Shown: in pieces, positions 22,058 to 35,183 of the stretch
How the letters are laid out: each line of letters starts with the position of its first letter
How positions within the stretch are numbered: the stretch's first letter is position 1
DNA from: Chiloscyllium plagiosum
Taxonomy: Eukaryota
NCBI RefSeq assembly: GCF_004010195.1
Contig: NC_057756.1
Location: 4,532,413-4,596,412 of the forward strand
Direction: 5' to 3'
Length of the DNA: 64,000 nucleotides
Notes under the pieces: model-generated
The model's database searches: none
Seen by the model: only the letters and a program-made list of their open reading frames with translations
Told to the model about the DNA's origin: nothing
Made by a program: the position numbers and the translations under genes

Positions 22058-25000
22058 CGTTACAGCACGGCGCTGAATACTTCTACTAATTCAACTAAAA
22101 ACCCAGAAAAGCTCACCTTGCCTCATAATGTGTTAAAATATGAGTGACAGAAACTCCCCAAATACCACCATTTAAAGAAAATAACATTAATTTATTTTTT
22201 AACTTTAAAAGTGAACACTAAACAACTCTAAGCCCCCCTTTCCTTAACTGTTTTTATCTGTGTCGAACTCAATAACAATATGCTGTTCCAGTAAGATACT
22301 TATTAAAAGTACAGCAACCTGATTTCAAACCCACACAGCAGCTGTCGTTTTCAACATCAGTCTTCTTCTGGCTGAATGATCTCTTAAATCTGTGTTGATG
22401 GCAGTTGTTATGTTAGATTTTTTCAAAATGCCTTTTTTTTATATCCACAAATCGAATCATTCCATTGTTTCGATATTTGCAATATAATAAATTCAAACTC
22501 GATTGAGATTTAGTATCCTGGTACATAATTTAAACTGTTAGGTTAAATTTGAATTGTTGTCAAAATAGCAACCAACTTAGGTATCCATTTCATAGCCAAA
22601 TGTTACATATATTCAATGTTCCAGTCCACTCTGAGACTGCTATCTAGTCATCATGGGTGATTGTCAGCTCTCAGTTCAGGACACCATTCCCTGTTGCTTA
22701 AAGGTACTCTCTCTATAACGACTTCTCCCTTAAGAAACAAAAACCATCATAATCGAAAGATTGACTTTATTTTGGTAATTCTTAATCCCATTAACATGAA
22801 TCACATAGGTCATTGATCTAAGTCCATATTAGTTTCTGCATACATGCATATATTACATTGGAATATGTTGAATGTTGTCTAAGTTTTCCTTTAAATCAGC
22901 CATGACGCATCTGCTATCACATTTTACGAATCGCAAAATTTACTATTCGTATATTAAATGTCTGTAACATAAGACTACAGCCAAATCATTTCATACGTTT
23001 TGCCTTTAGATAGCTCCAAGAATGTTAGAGGATTATGGTTTGTCTACACAGTTGTCTCTGACACATTGTTCGTAACGTAAACATTAAAATGTTGTAAGGC
23101 CAGTACCAAATTCTGTACTTTTTTGATGGTAAAGTATTTTCTCTGATCGTTGTTGAGTTTCTTTGAAGAGTAACAAATTGGCCATTCAGTTGCATCATCT
23201 TCCTGTAGCAGCGCAGCTCCAACTCTTATTTCGCCAGCATAGACTGCAGCTTGGAAGGATTTTAAAAAAAAAATAGTGCATCAAAAACTGATGCCGTCAT
23301 TAATACTGCTTTAAAATTCTCAAATACTTCCTGACATTCTTCTATGTCTTCTTCTTCAGTAAACGTTTTAAGCGGTGCCACCACGCTGCTGAAGTTGTAC
23401 AAATCCGCTTACTCACAAAAATCAATTCACCCCTGTCTTCATCTTTGATTGTGGAACTTCCTCAACAGCGTGTGTCTTGCCATTCATTGAGGTCATTCTT
23501 CCATGACTGATATTACGTCCCAAGAACGTCACCTGTGCCTTCGTGAATTCTGTTTTCTCTCAGTTTATTACCAGTTGTGCTTCACTTAATCGTACAAAGA
23601 GTTCTGCCAACTGTCTCATGTGACCTTTCCACGACTCACTAAGAATCACTACATTATCCAGATAAATTGCACAGTTTGTTAATCTAGCCATAATTCTGAA
23701 TGTTAATCTTTGGAATGTGGCTGGTGCGTTCTTCATTCCAAGTGGCATCACTTTGAATTAATGTAGCCCTTTTGGCTTTTCAATCGCAAACACTTCTTTC
23801 ACTTACTCTGATAAAAGTACCTGTCAATAACCACGCAGTAAATCCAACTTTGTGATATAGCTGGCTTGTTCAACGTTCTCTATACAGTACTCCAATCTTG
23901 GTATTGGGTATGACTGTGTAACGGCGTTGACCTTCCAGTTGTCCAAACAAATTCGTTGAGACCTCTCAGGTTTGGGAACTAACAAGATCAGCAAACTCCA
24001 CTCATTCTGATTCAGTTTGCTGACGTTGTCTCTGAGATTCGCATTCACTTTCTTGTGGAGCTGCGTGGTTTTGAAATGATTAATTCTATTAGGAATGTAG
24101 TTTTGTTGAAACAGCATTCCCCACTTCCACCTCATGCACAATAGTGTGAGTTCTCCCTCGTTTATTCCTTCATTTGCCCTCATTCTGCTGCAACAAACAT
24201 TTCAACTGGGTTCTTTGCTCCTCAGACAGATAGTTCATTAACTTATCCCATTCCTCAAGGACCTCCTCATTATTTACCGTATTTGGATTCACACCAAGCT
24301 TCCCAACATCTGGATTTGATTCCATAATCTGGGGGGCTGTAACTAACAGTTGTTTCTCCAGTTCCTGTCTATTGCAGGAAGGTTTCAAAATATTTGCATG
24401 ATGTAACTGATACAGTTCTCTTTTTTTTTCTATCTGGCATTATTACCATCTAGATTATCTGGCTGAGGTTTTTTTTTCTCAATTGGATAAGGACCACTAA
24501 AGCTGGCTTTGAAGTGATCTCTACTACTGGTAACAATGTTAACCCTGCATCCCCACAGGAAACTTCACAACTTTAGAGTATTTAATATGTCGCCTGTTCA
24601 GCTAACTTCCTAAATGATTTAATCTTTCCCTCATCTGAGATACATGATCCAAGTGTGAGTGCTCGACTTCAGTCCTGTCATTTTTTGTTTAATTAATTTC
24701 AAAGACCTTCTCACTTCATGTCCGAAAATTAGTGCAAAGGGAGTAAACCGAGTCGATTCGTTTGGGGCACCTCTAACTGCAAACAATGCGAAGGGGTGCC
24801 ATTATCCCATTCTTTCAGGTAATCCTGACAGGGCGCCACTTAATATGGTCTTCAGAGTCTATTGCCACTTTTCCAAAGCTCCATGGGGATCAGGATGGCA
24901 CACGTTTGATTTAATGCCTACGCTGTCCAAAACTTCTTTGAAGAGCCTAGTTTGAAAATAAGGCCCTTTGACTGAATCTGTCTGGGTAGCCCATACCGCG

Positions 25001-28000
25001 TGAAGACAGCTACTAACCCCTCTACCACTCTTGTTGCCTTCATGCTCCACAATGGAATTGTCACCAGAAATCTGGTAGACACATTCATTATGTTTAGAAA
25101 AAACGGTTTCTAGATTTAGTTTTAAGGAAGGGACCTACACAGTCAATCAGAATCCGTGTAAAAGGTTATTCGAATGTGGCAATTGCTCACAAACGTGCTG
25201 GTTTTATTACTGCTTGTGGCTTAGATACCATTGATGCATATGACATATCTGGCAACATTTCAACACATTCTTGAGCAGTACAGACAAATAGAAGATCTTT
25301 TGTTCCTTAGCCTGAGTGTTCCTCAAACCTAGGTGACCTCCTACTGTTAATTAATGTGCTACTCCTAATAATTTTCATCGGTATGCTACTGGTAGCACAA
25401 TCTAGTGCGCTTCCACCCATATCTCCTCCGCACTAAACTGCCATGATCTCCATTTTCGTCTTTCGAATCTATGTTTAAGATAATAAAATTCATAAACACA
25501 TTTGGATTTCTTTTCTGAGTATGCATCTATACATAGTCTTTCTGTTGTAAGTTCATTAGCCTTTCAGGACTAAACAGTTCTGCCTGACTTCTATCTGCTC
25601 AGGATTTTCCTCCAACATTACATCAAACACGTTTTCCACCAGTTTCAACTCCTTCGGCTTTCTCCTTAGTGTTTGCTTCTTGCTGTCACTTATAATAGTG
25701 GGATCTTGTTACTACACAGTCTGGAAGAATTCCAGGGATTTATTTTTTTCTTTTAAGTCGCAGTTCTCTGGTCTTCGTTTGGCTTCCCACTAAATCTTTC
25801 TCAAGAGCGAACTGCATTCCAGAAACTGACATGCTATCAATCTCTACCACTGTTAATTTCTCAGTCTTGATTTGGCTCTCCAACCTAATCTTACAGTGGG
25901 GAACGCTACATTTCAGTTTAGCTATTCGAAAAATGACTACTCTCTCAGGTAACATATCAGAAAGCGTGCAAATACGTTCATCTATTTCTAATAAACACTG
26001 ATTAAATCCCTCATCTCTCAAAATTGCAATATATTTTATTTTACACTGGTTCTTCCTGATTAAAGTTTACCCAAAGAGGCAAAGTCTTTATGCAGCTCAG
26101 GCACTAACACGATACCATGCCCCTGCCACATCTGTGCACTCTCTTTCAGTTCCTCAACTTTTCTTGGGGTTTCCTTTACTAATTTTACTAATGACAATGG
26201 CTTAGACTCTTTTACCACATTTTTTCCAACAGTGCCTTTCTTCAATATCCAGCACTGTGACTTTACATGACCATTCTTACCCCAGTGGAAACACCTGCAG
26301 ACCTTCACCTCTTTTTCAGCCATTTGGCGTCTTTCTTCACTTCTGGTAAACCATTACCAGCGTGTCCTACTCTTTGTTCTGCATTATAACGTCTCTACTC
26401 CCAGTTTCTATCCCCCACAGGAAGGAATTCGTTTGGAAGCTAATTTTTCCTGATACACTAGTGCATATGCATTCGCAATATCTGCCACTCCTCCCAATTT
26501 TTGAAGTTTCTGTTCATCACTGTGAACTCATCTCATCTTTGGAAGTGAGTTTTTTTTTTTAACTCCTCCAAAAGAATATTCTGTCTTAGAGCCCCATTGA
26601 TCTTAATTATTTTTAAGGTCCGGACACATTTCCAAAAATTGATGTTTAATTCTTTCGAACTCAACATATTGTCTGACCTAGTTCCTTCTTTATGATTCTG
26701 AAACGCTGTTTATATACTTCTGGTACCAATCCATAAGCACTCAAAATAGCGTGTTTCACATCTGCATAATCTCTTAATAGCTCATCTGAGAGCGCTCACT
26801 TGCCATGCCTACCAGCTTAATATGAACTAGCATTACCCATAAGGTCTCTGATCACTCCATCTACCGAGCCACTTTATCAAAATGTGGCGATACTTTAACA
26901 TATTTGCATTCATCGCGATCTTCTGTCTTCCTCTATTCATCCTGTTAATTGAATAATTCTCAAATTCTCTTTCGGTTTCTCTTTCTTCTCTCTCTGTTCT
27001 GATGTTACTTACCTTCTCTCTCTCTCTTTCTCATTCTCTCTCTTTCTCTTTCCTTATCTTCGAACTCCATATGCCTCCACTGCAATTTACTTTTTTCTAT
27101 CTCGACTTGTCTGTTTCTCTGATACATCTAAATGCTTGACGAACTCCATTACATTTTCAGCTTTCTCTTTGTCCCTGGTTAAATCCAGTTCAACCCAATT
27201 TGCTAATTCTGAAAGCATGCCTTCCTTTAACTTTATAAATTTCCTTAGCAAACTTTGAAAACTTCCTCAAACCCCAAAATCTCTTTAGCAATCTTAAGAG
27301 CTATTTCCCACACTTTTAATTTAGCCAACCACAGGTAACCGAAATTAAAGCAACTGTCGCACCTACGTTTTATTTGAAGATCTAGGACACTAATTGGAAT
27401 GTTTTAATCTGCCTGGGATCCTTCGTACGTCAAATCTGTGCAAATCTCAGACTGAATCTGTCTAAACCTCTCCGAACCTCGGACCCGAGCTCTGAACCGC
27501 TTTGGTATGGCAGTGATCCCTTCTGTTAAATAAACCAGGAAAGCTGACTTCGCCTTGTAATCTGTTAAATTACGAGTGACAGAGAACTCCCAAAATGCCA
27601 TTATTTAAAGAACACAACACCTTTTTTACTGTAAGCGTGAACATCAAACAACTTTTCACAACTCTAAGCTCGCGTTTTTAAACTGCTGTTCCAATAAGTT
27701 AGTTATTAAAATTACATCAACCTAATTTCAATACCACACCAGCGGCTGTTGTCTTTGACGTCTGTATTCTTCCAGCTGAAGATCTCCGTCTGTCATCTTC
27801 TTCCTTTGCTGTGAATATGTTTAGTATGAAAAGATACCTTTGAGAGAGAGTCTTTCTTAATGTTTTGGATCTGTGTTGATGCCAATAACTCTATCCGATT
27901 TTCAAAATGCCCTCCTATTTACACCCCCAACATCGGATCGTCTCATTGATTTGATGGTGGCAACACGATAAATTCAAACTCGCCTTGGTTTTAAGTATCC

Positions 28001-28214
28001 TGGAAAATAATTTAAAATAATTGGTTAAAATTGAATTGTTGTCAAAGCAGCAACCAACTCAGATATCCATTTCACAGTCAAATGTTGCATGTTTTCAATT
28101 TGCCAGTATAATCTGAGACTATTATCTAGTCATCACAGGTGCTTTTCAGCTCTCAGTTCAGGACAGCATTCATTCTCTCTGAAAGGTACAGTATACGTTT
28201 TCAAATTCATAACA
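22058..28214 (-). mobile_element. Near full-length decayed Gmr1-like gypsy element with both LTRs (~22058-22721 and ~27502-28214)
   Basis: The two LTRs align as direct repeats. gag YADVKHAILSAYGLVPEVY (~26715-26770), zinc knuckle CFHWGKNGHVKSQC, protease ILRDEG (~26010-26030), IN (~24700-25330), RT MPLGMKNAPATFQRL/YLDNVVI (23560-23751). PPT AAGGGAGAAG next to the 3' LTR. Confidence 0.9.
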
Positions 28215-28411
28215 ATATCAAAAGAGTTAACAGTCATCCAACATAAATTAAGGTTTTGGATACTGTTTGCGCTGAGGTCTGTGGAGTTGAAAATTCAGAA
28301 AACACTGAGTGTCATCTCATAAACGATTGAAAATTAGAGCTATGAAATTAGATACTGTATTTTTTTACTATTAACATGTTAACTGGAATAGTACATTGAT
28401 CCTCAAGTGTA

Positions 28412-28723
28412 CAGAGAAACCTCGATTATCTGAACGTGTTGGGTGGTCGTTCGGATAATTGACTATTTGGTTAATTGTTTCAATGCCTTTGGGGCTCGGA
28501 ATTTTCTGTTACGTCCTGTCCCCGTTCAGGAGACCAGGCATCAGCACACCACGCAGAGCCCCTGCCCCCACCTCCGCACCCAAACTCCATCCAACACTGC
28601 CCCCAGCCCCACCCCCAAACCCCATCCAACACGACCCCCTCGCCTGCCCCCACACCAGCCAACAAACCCCGTCCAAGACGGGGATATTCAGTAATTGACA
28701 TTCGGATAATTGAGTTTCCTCTG
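28412..28723. mobile_element. Tigger/pogo-like MITE
   Basis: 23-bp imperfect TIRs CAGAGAAACCTCGATTATCTGAA / TTCGGATAATTGAGTTTCCTCTG (19/23 match). TA on the left, ATA on the right. C-rich interior. Confidence 0.7.
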
Positions 28724-28975
28724 ATACTACTGAAGCTCTCTGGAGGCAAAAACATTGTTTGTTACTCCATTTCACCCATCGGATTATTCTCCATACTGAA
28801 AAATGAAAAGAAACGTTCATTTCTGTATCTTACAGTTTCTATTGAATGGTTTAGTTACACATGTTAAGTCAGACTATAACAATCAGCAGCACATTTAATG
28901 TGGCAGTTCAATGCACAATATGGACATGATTTCAAAACGTTTTCATTGAATAGAATTAATTTTTTTGGCGTTTAG

Positions 28976-29002
28976 AAAAAGATTTGGAAGAAAAAGACAT
29001 GG
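28976..29002 (+). CDS. Microexon 7 (27 nt): EKDLEEKDM
   Basis: tttttttggcgtttag| ... TGG|gtaaac. In frame. Confidence 0.75.
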
Positions 29003-29158
29003 GTAAACATAAAAGTTAAATTCGATAATGAAAGCATGCTTTTTGCATTTGAACGATCAGTGTTGGCTCGTAATGTAAAAGACCAGATCGGACAACACGG
29101 CACAATAGGGCCTGATATGTGCTATTTAGTAAGAAATTCAATATGACCTTTTCTTCAG

Positions 29159-29194
29159 AACTCGAGAAACTGAAGAAGCCAGGCAAAGATAAAG
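29159..29194 (+). CDS. Microexon 8 (36 nt): ELEKLKKPGKDK
   Basis: ccttttcttcag| ... AAG|gtacag. In frame; the ELE start is shared with exons 5, 10 and 12. Confidence 0.7.
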
Positions 29195-29369
29195 GTACAG
29201 ATGGTCTTCTCTCTATTTCTTATGATTGAAGCTTGATGATTCAGTTTGCTGGATATAAATCTCCAAGTCGTGTTTCGCTTGTTCAAACAATTATATGAAA
29301 TGTCGGTAGCAAGGCTAGCCTTCGTTAGTCTTCTCTTCTGAAGTTCCTGGTGAACCATAATTAATCATA

Positions 29370-29695
29370 AAATCTTGACAGTGTGGAAACAGACCCTTCA
29401 TGTCGACAAGTCCACACCGACCATCTGAAGAGTTTCCCAGCCAATCCCATTTCCCTACATTTACCCGTGACTCATGTACCTAAACTACATATACTATGGG
29501 CAATTTGGGATGTACAATTCATCTAACCTGCACATCTTTGGCTTGTGAAGAGAAACCGGAGCACCTGAAGGAAACCCACGCAGACACAGGGCGAATGTGC
29601 AAACTCTACACAGGCAGTCGCCCGAGGATTAAATCGAATCTGGCTCAATGCCGTTGTGCGGCAGTAGTGCTAACGACAGAGCCACAGTGCTGCTC
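29370..29695 (-). mobile_element. tRNA-derived SINE (HE1-like)
   Basis: Reverse complement of the 40365-40675 family. Confidence 0.85.
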
Positions 29696-31658
29696 AATTG
29701 TTTGAAAATTCGCCCAGCTGTTGATTAGGAAGAAGATTGCATATGTTTTGAACCATTGACAGCTAGGGAAGTATTGTGCTATAATTTCTGGATGTTGTGT
29801 TTTGAATGAGTACTTGAAGATTCTGAAGTTGACGAGTAATTGTTCACCTTGCCTTTTTAGAAGTTAGAGGAGCTGGAATTGCTGCATTCATGAGATAAAA
29901 GCAAGCATTTTGTGCATTATAGTAAATAGTAACGCAAAAGGAAGCCGATTAATTTCATAGGGGCCCGAATAATTATTCATATTGGAGTATTGGGTAATAA
30001 CAGCACTGGTTCCTTCTGTTCTTTTGCTTGTGGACATTGCTATCTCAGATGCAATTAACGCTAGGCGCCATTGAATCAGTACTGCTTCCTCCAAGTGATT
30101 TCAAAGGTAAAGTGTACTGATTCTTCCGATTAAGTGGACGTAATATGAAGTCACCAATAGGAAGTTCGCCTTCTCTTATTTGACTTGATGCAATTAGATT
30201 CCATGGCGCTTTGAGACAACGTTGAAGATTCCCAGATGCACATATGAACCAATTATATCTCAGTAATCTGCCACTGTCTGTCCTCGTTCCCCATATGTGG
30301 CCTGCTCAAGACTTATGACAATGATGGTGGTGTTTTCGCTATTATTTGTAATGTCGAATTTTGTGACTGATTTATGGCAGATTACTGCTTGCTTAGTCTA
30401 TCTGGCATTCTTTTCAACTTTGGCACTATGCTCCAGATGTCCGTAGGAAAGGTTTAGCTAATTGTAAATAGCTGTGTTTACCATTATTTCTCCTATCACC
30501 CACATTGATGTATTGTACTCAGATCAGTTTCATTGTTTTGAGACATTTTAATGATTTGATTCAACTGATGACCTTGCTGCATGATATCAGAGGAAACCTA
30601 ATATAAATTTTAGTAACGGGGTTAAGAATCACACGTGTGCTCGACCGTTTTCTAATGCAACTTTCATTGGCTAAAGGATGTCAGCCAACCAGAAGTTTTA
30701 TAGTGCCAATTCGCACCAATACAATTATCGATATTCTCCAAGCAAGTTCAGTTTCCAGGGGTACAGCCCAAAAGATTTTGACATGATTCCTTAGACTAGC
30801 GTTGCTACTGGTGAAATATTTCGAGTGCAAACTTTCCAACCGTGACCTGCCCTGAAAGAATATATGCAAGTTTACATTGAACCAAATCTCTCGATATAAA
30901 GTCAACAAAATCCGAATCAAATACACTGATCAAAAAGAAACAAACAAACAGATTTTTAAAATATATAACGGCATAGATAAATAACTGAATGAATGAATGT
31001 CTAAATTTGTTAACTTAAATAATTGATAGATTAATTAACGACTTATTACGTTAGTGAATTCCGAAATGAATAATCAGATACTTTACTGATCAAGCTTCGA
31101 TTATGACTCCAAATTGAATCCTTAATCAAAGATCTGTGTAGAAAATAATATCATCAATGAGCAAATAGAATGACAAGATGCGACTTTTGTGGACGAAACT
31201 ACGTCATGAAATCTGTTTAGAGCAACCAAAGGGATGGTTGATGATCCCACAAATGTAGAAATCCAAAAGGCTGTTCAAGTCTTGACATGATATTGTTTTA
31301 ACGATTTTACCACAGCAAAACAAAACAGCTACTAATTGAAAACCGTATGAAAACTATATGTTTGATCGCACTTTCCTTGTACAGACTATGCGTATTGTAT
31401 ATAATTAGATGTTCAACAGTGAAATGTGCCACAGAGGTTTTGCTTATTTTATGTGTTCAGGGGTTGTGACATGAGGGGAAAGCAAAAATAAATTAATGAA
31501 CTTCAAGATCAGAGGTAAAAATGCCTCGATGGAGCTTTCGGTATCTATTAAGATGAGGCACGACCTATGTGATAATGGAAAGTTTCAAATAGGGTTGAAA
31601 AGAATGGAATTTGAGATATATCTGACTTATTTTGATTGTCTAATCTTTTTTTTAAAAG

Positions 31659-31691
31659 ATGCAGTCATTGAGAAAGACAGTGATGACCATG
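31659..31691 (+). CDS. Microexon 9 (33 nt DAVIEKDSDDH, or 27 nt VIEKDSDDH from an acceptor at 31665)
   Basis: T-rich tract then aaaag|atgcag| ... ATG|gtatgt. Both acceptors are in frame. Confidence 0.7.
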
Positions 31692-31954
31692 GTATGTTCA
31701 CTTGTAGATGATTATGAAATTACATGAAAATATTACCCTGTACTGCCTTCGATCATGTCTTGCAACATGATGGGAAACAAATGCCTATGAACTTATGCTG
31801 CAACGATTCTAAAATTCTTAAAACTTTTTTTTTCATCAACTAAGAATCTCTAACACATGATCGCAGATATTTGGTTCCAACTATCTCAGAAGATATGTGC
31901 AACGGTTACACTGAATGAATTAAACATTATCAATGACTCCTAATCAATTAAACA

Positions 31955-32300
31955 ATGGCACAGTGACTCAGCAATTAACACTGTTGCCTCACAGCACCAG
32001 ATGTGGTTTCGAGTCTTGCCTTGGAAACTGCATGTTGGAGTTCCACATTCTCCCCGTGTTGGTGTGTGTTGATTCCATGTGCTCAAGTCTCTTCCCAGAG
32101 TTTAAAGATTTGAAGGTGAGGTGGATTGGCTATGCTAAATTGCTCCGTAGTGATATGCCAACTATGGGAGTCAGCCAAGGTGTTTTTGGGAATAGGGTCG
32201 CCGGTTTATTCTGTCAGGAATGTTCATCAGAGGATAAGTGCAGATTCATTGGACTGAATAACTTTTATTCTGCAGTACAGGAATCCTATGATTCTATGAA
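31955..32300 (+). mobile_element. Diverged tRNA-derived SINE
   Basis: TGGCACAGTGACTCAGCAATTAACACTGTTGCCTCACAGC head and TCCTATGATTCTATGA tail. Confidence 0.75.
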
Positions 32301-32465
32301 ATAGTTTTGAGAAACATGAGAATCCCAGGAAAGAAAACCCATAAATCCTCTGATGAACATTTCTGACAGAATAGACTCATAATCATTTCACTTTCCTGAA
32401 ACTGATTAGTGGAGAATGTAAACGTGTGGAAAAGCATATTAGGGAGATTCGTCAGCATGCCCAGT

Positions 32466-34345
32466 CAATAGAGTCATAGAGATGTACAGCATGGAAACAG
32501 ACACGTTGGTACAACTCATCCATTCCGACCAAATATCCCAACCCAATCTACTCCCACCTGCCAGCACCCGGCCCATATCCCTCCAAACTCTTCCTATTCA
32601 TATACCCAAACAACTGCCGCTCAAATGTTGCAATTGTACCAGCCTCCACCACTTCCTCTGGCAGCTCATTCCATCCGCTTACCATCCTCAGTGTGAAAAG
32701 GCTGCCCAGTAGGTCTCTTTTATATCTTTCCCCTCTCACCCTAAACCTATGCCCTCTAGTTCTAGTCTCCCCAACCCCAGGGAAAAGACTTTGCCCATTT
32801 ACCCGATCCATGCCCCTCATAATTTTGTAAACCTCTATAAGGTCACACCTCAGCCTCCGACACTCCAGGGAAAACAGCCCCTGCCTGTTCAGCCCCTGTC
32901 TAAAGTGCAACATCCTTGTGAATCTTTTCTGAATCCTTTCACGTTTCACAACCTCTTTCCGATAGGAAGGAGACCAGAATAGCATGTAATAATCCAACAG
33001 TGGCCTAACCAATGTCCTGCACAGCCGCAACATGACCTCTCAACTCCTGTACTCAATACTCTGACCAATGAAGGAAAGCATACCAAACACCTTCTTCACT
33101 ATCCTATCCACCTGCGATTCCACTTTCAAGGACCTATGAGCCTGCACTCCAAGGTCTCTTTGTTCACCAACACTCCCTGGGACCTTATCATTAAGTGTAT
33201 AAGTACTGCTAAGATTTGCTTTCCCAAAATGCAGCACCACGCAGTTTTCTGAATTAAACGTCATCAGCCACTTCTTAGCCCATTGGCCCATCTGGTCAAG
33301 ATCCTGTTGTAACCTGAGGTAACCCTCTTTGCTGTCCACTACACCTCCAATTTTGGTGTCATCTGCAAACTTACTAACTGTACCTCTTATGCTCACATCC
33401 AAATCATTTATATAAATGACAAAACGTTGAGGACCTAGCACCGATCCTTGTGGCACTCAACGGGTCACAGGCCTCCAGTCTGAAAAACAACCCTCCACCA
33501 CCACTCTCTGTCTTCTACCTTTGAGCCAGTTCTGTATCCAAATGGCGAGTTCTCCCTTTATTCTGTGAGATCTAACCTTGCTAATAAGTCTCCCATGGGG
33601 AAACTTGTCGAACGCCTTACTGAAGTCCAAATAGATCACTAATACCACTCTGCCCTCATCCATCCTCTTTGTTACTGCCTCAAAACATTCAATCAAGTTT
33701 TTGAGACATGGTTTCCCACGCACAAAGCCATGTTGACTATCCCTAATCAGTCCTTGCCTTTCCAAACACATCCTGTCCCTCAGGATTCCCTCTAACAACT
33801 TGCCCACCACCGACATCAAGCTCGCTGGTCTATATTTCCCTGGCTTGACCTTACCACTCTGCTTAAACAGTGGCACCACGTTAGCCAACCTCCAGTCTTC
33901 TGGCACCTCACCTGTGATTATCGATGTTACAAATATCTCGGCAAGAAACCCAGCAATCACTTCTCTAGCTTCTCACAGAGTTCTCGGGTACACCTGATCA
34001 GGTCCTGGGGTTGTAACCTCTTTTATGCTTTTCAAGACATCCAGCACTTTCTCGTCTGTAATATGGACATTTTGCAAGATGTCACCATCTATTTCCCTAC
34101 AGTTTATATCTTCCATATCCTTTTCCACGGTAAATTCTGATGCAAAATACTCATTTCGTATCTCCCCCATGTTCTGCTGCTTCACACAAACAGCGCGTTG
34201 CTGATATTTGAGGGGCCCTATTCTCTCCCTAGTTGCCCTTTTGTCCTTAATGTATTTGTAAAAACTCTTTGTATTCTCCTTAGAGAAGCTATCTCATGTC
34301 CCCGTTTTTCCCCCTTGATTTCCATCTTAAGTATACTCCTACTTT
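32466..34345 (-). mobile_element. 5'-truncated CR1 LINE (RT domain plus 3' end)
   Basis: ORFs with WRLANVVPLFK, QHGFVRGK, YLDFSKAFD, PQGSVLGP, KFADDTKIGG and RPLLDYYMLFWSP. Short tandem-repeat tail at 32466-32480. Confidence 0.95.
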
Positions 34346-34707
34346 GAATTTTCCGAGTTTCTGGATCAGATTATTTGTCTTTCAACCAAAATAAAGGTCT
34401 GGGCAGCAGACAATACTGTCATGTGAATTGTCTTGGTGAAATCAAGATTTGAGACGCATTATCAGAAACTCGACATCTGAACATAGTTATTTTCATGCTT
34501 ATAACGAGTATATCCGATGATCACTCATATACATACTTTCTTCAATGTTTCACGTCATTCACTGCCTTGATTAATAACAGCTAGCGTACGAAATAATTTT
34601 AAATTTAGCTCGTGGCAAGCTTGTCACCAAACTTGTGTGTTTTGATAGGAACAAACAAAAAACAAACGTTTCACTTTTCCTGATCTGTATATTTGTCTTT
34701 GTCGCAG

Positions 34708-34734
34708 AACTGGAAATACTACAAATCAAATACA
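34708..34734 (+). CDS. Microexon 10 (27 nt): ELEILQIKY
   Basis: atttgtctttgtcgcag| ... ACA|gtaagg. Duplicate-like of 17882-17908. Confidence 0.8.
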
Positions 34735-35159
34735 GTAAGGATCTTATTTGTCGATAAATGTTGTACATTTGAAGGATTGTTTTAACTGATTTCCGCAGTA
34801 TCGAATTTAAAACTCTAACTAATCTCATTTATGTTGATTTCTAGTCAGGTTCTAACAGAATGAATTATTGATTATCGTTATCGATGCCTGTTTAATTGAA
34901 ATTATCAGGAGGAAAATATTTGGTAATAATTGGTAGAGATTATATTTCGTCACACTTTGTTTTAATGGAATCAAAGCCTCGTCTTTTATTTTGCAAATTT
35001 CTAAATGGCTCTTTGCAGTATCTCTGTTTTTATGTTTCCTCGTTGTTTCTGTCTCATCACATTACCCATGATTACTATGTGAAAAAATTTACCTTTTTGC
35101 AGTCACCGCAATACAAAATGCTCATCGGCCTTTTTTTTCTTTTCTTGCGATTTCTTCAG

Positions 35160-35183
35160 TTGATGCCTGCATGAAGGTTCTGG
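35160..35183 (+). CDS. Microexon 11 (24 nt): IDACMKVL
   Basis: Long pyrimidine tract ...gatttcttcag| ... TGG|gtgagt. In frame. Confidence 0.8.

Noticed and set aside
28836..28862. Possible 27-nt exon VSIEWFSYT (ttacag| ... |gttaag)
   Set aside because: The donor is weak, the composition is unlike the other exons, and its terminal T plus the next exon's AA gives a stop.
28443..28867. Overlapping Pro-rich and Gly-rich ORFs
   Set aside because: They derive from the C-rich MITE interior.
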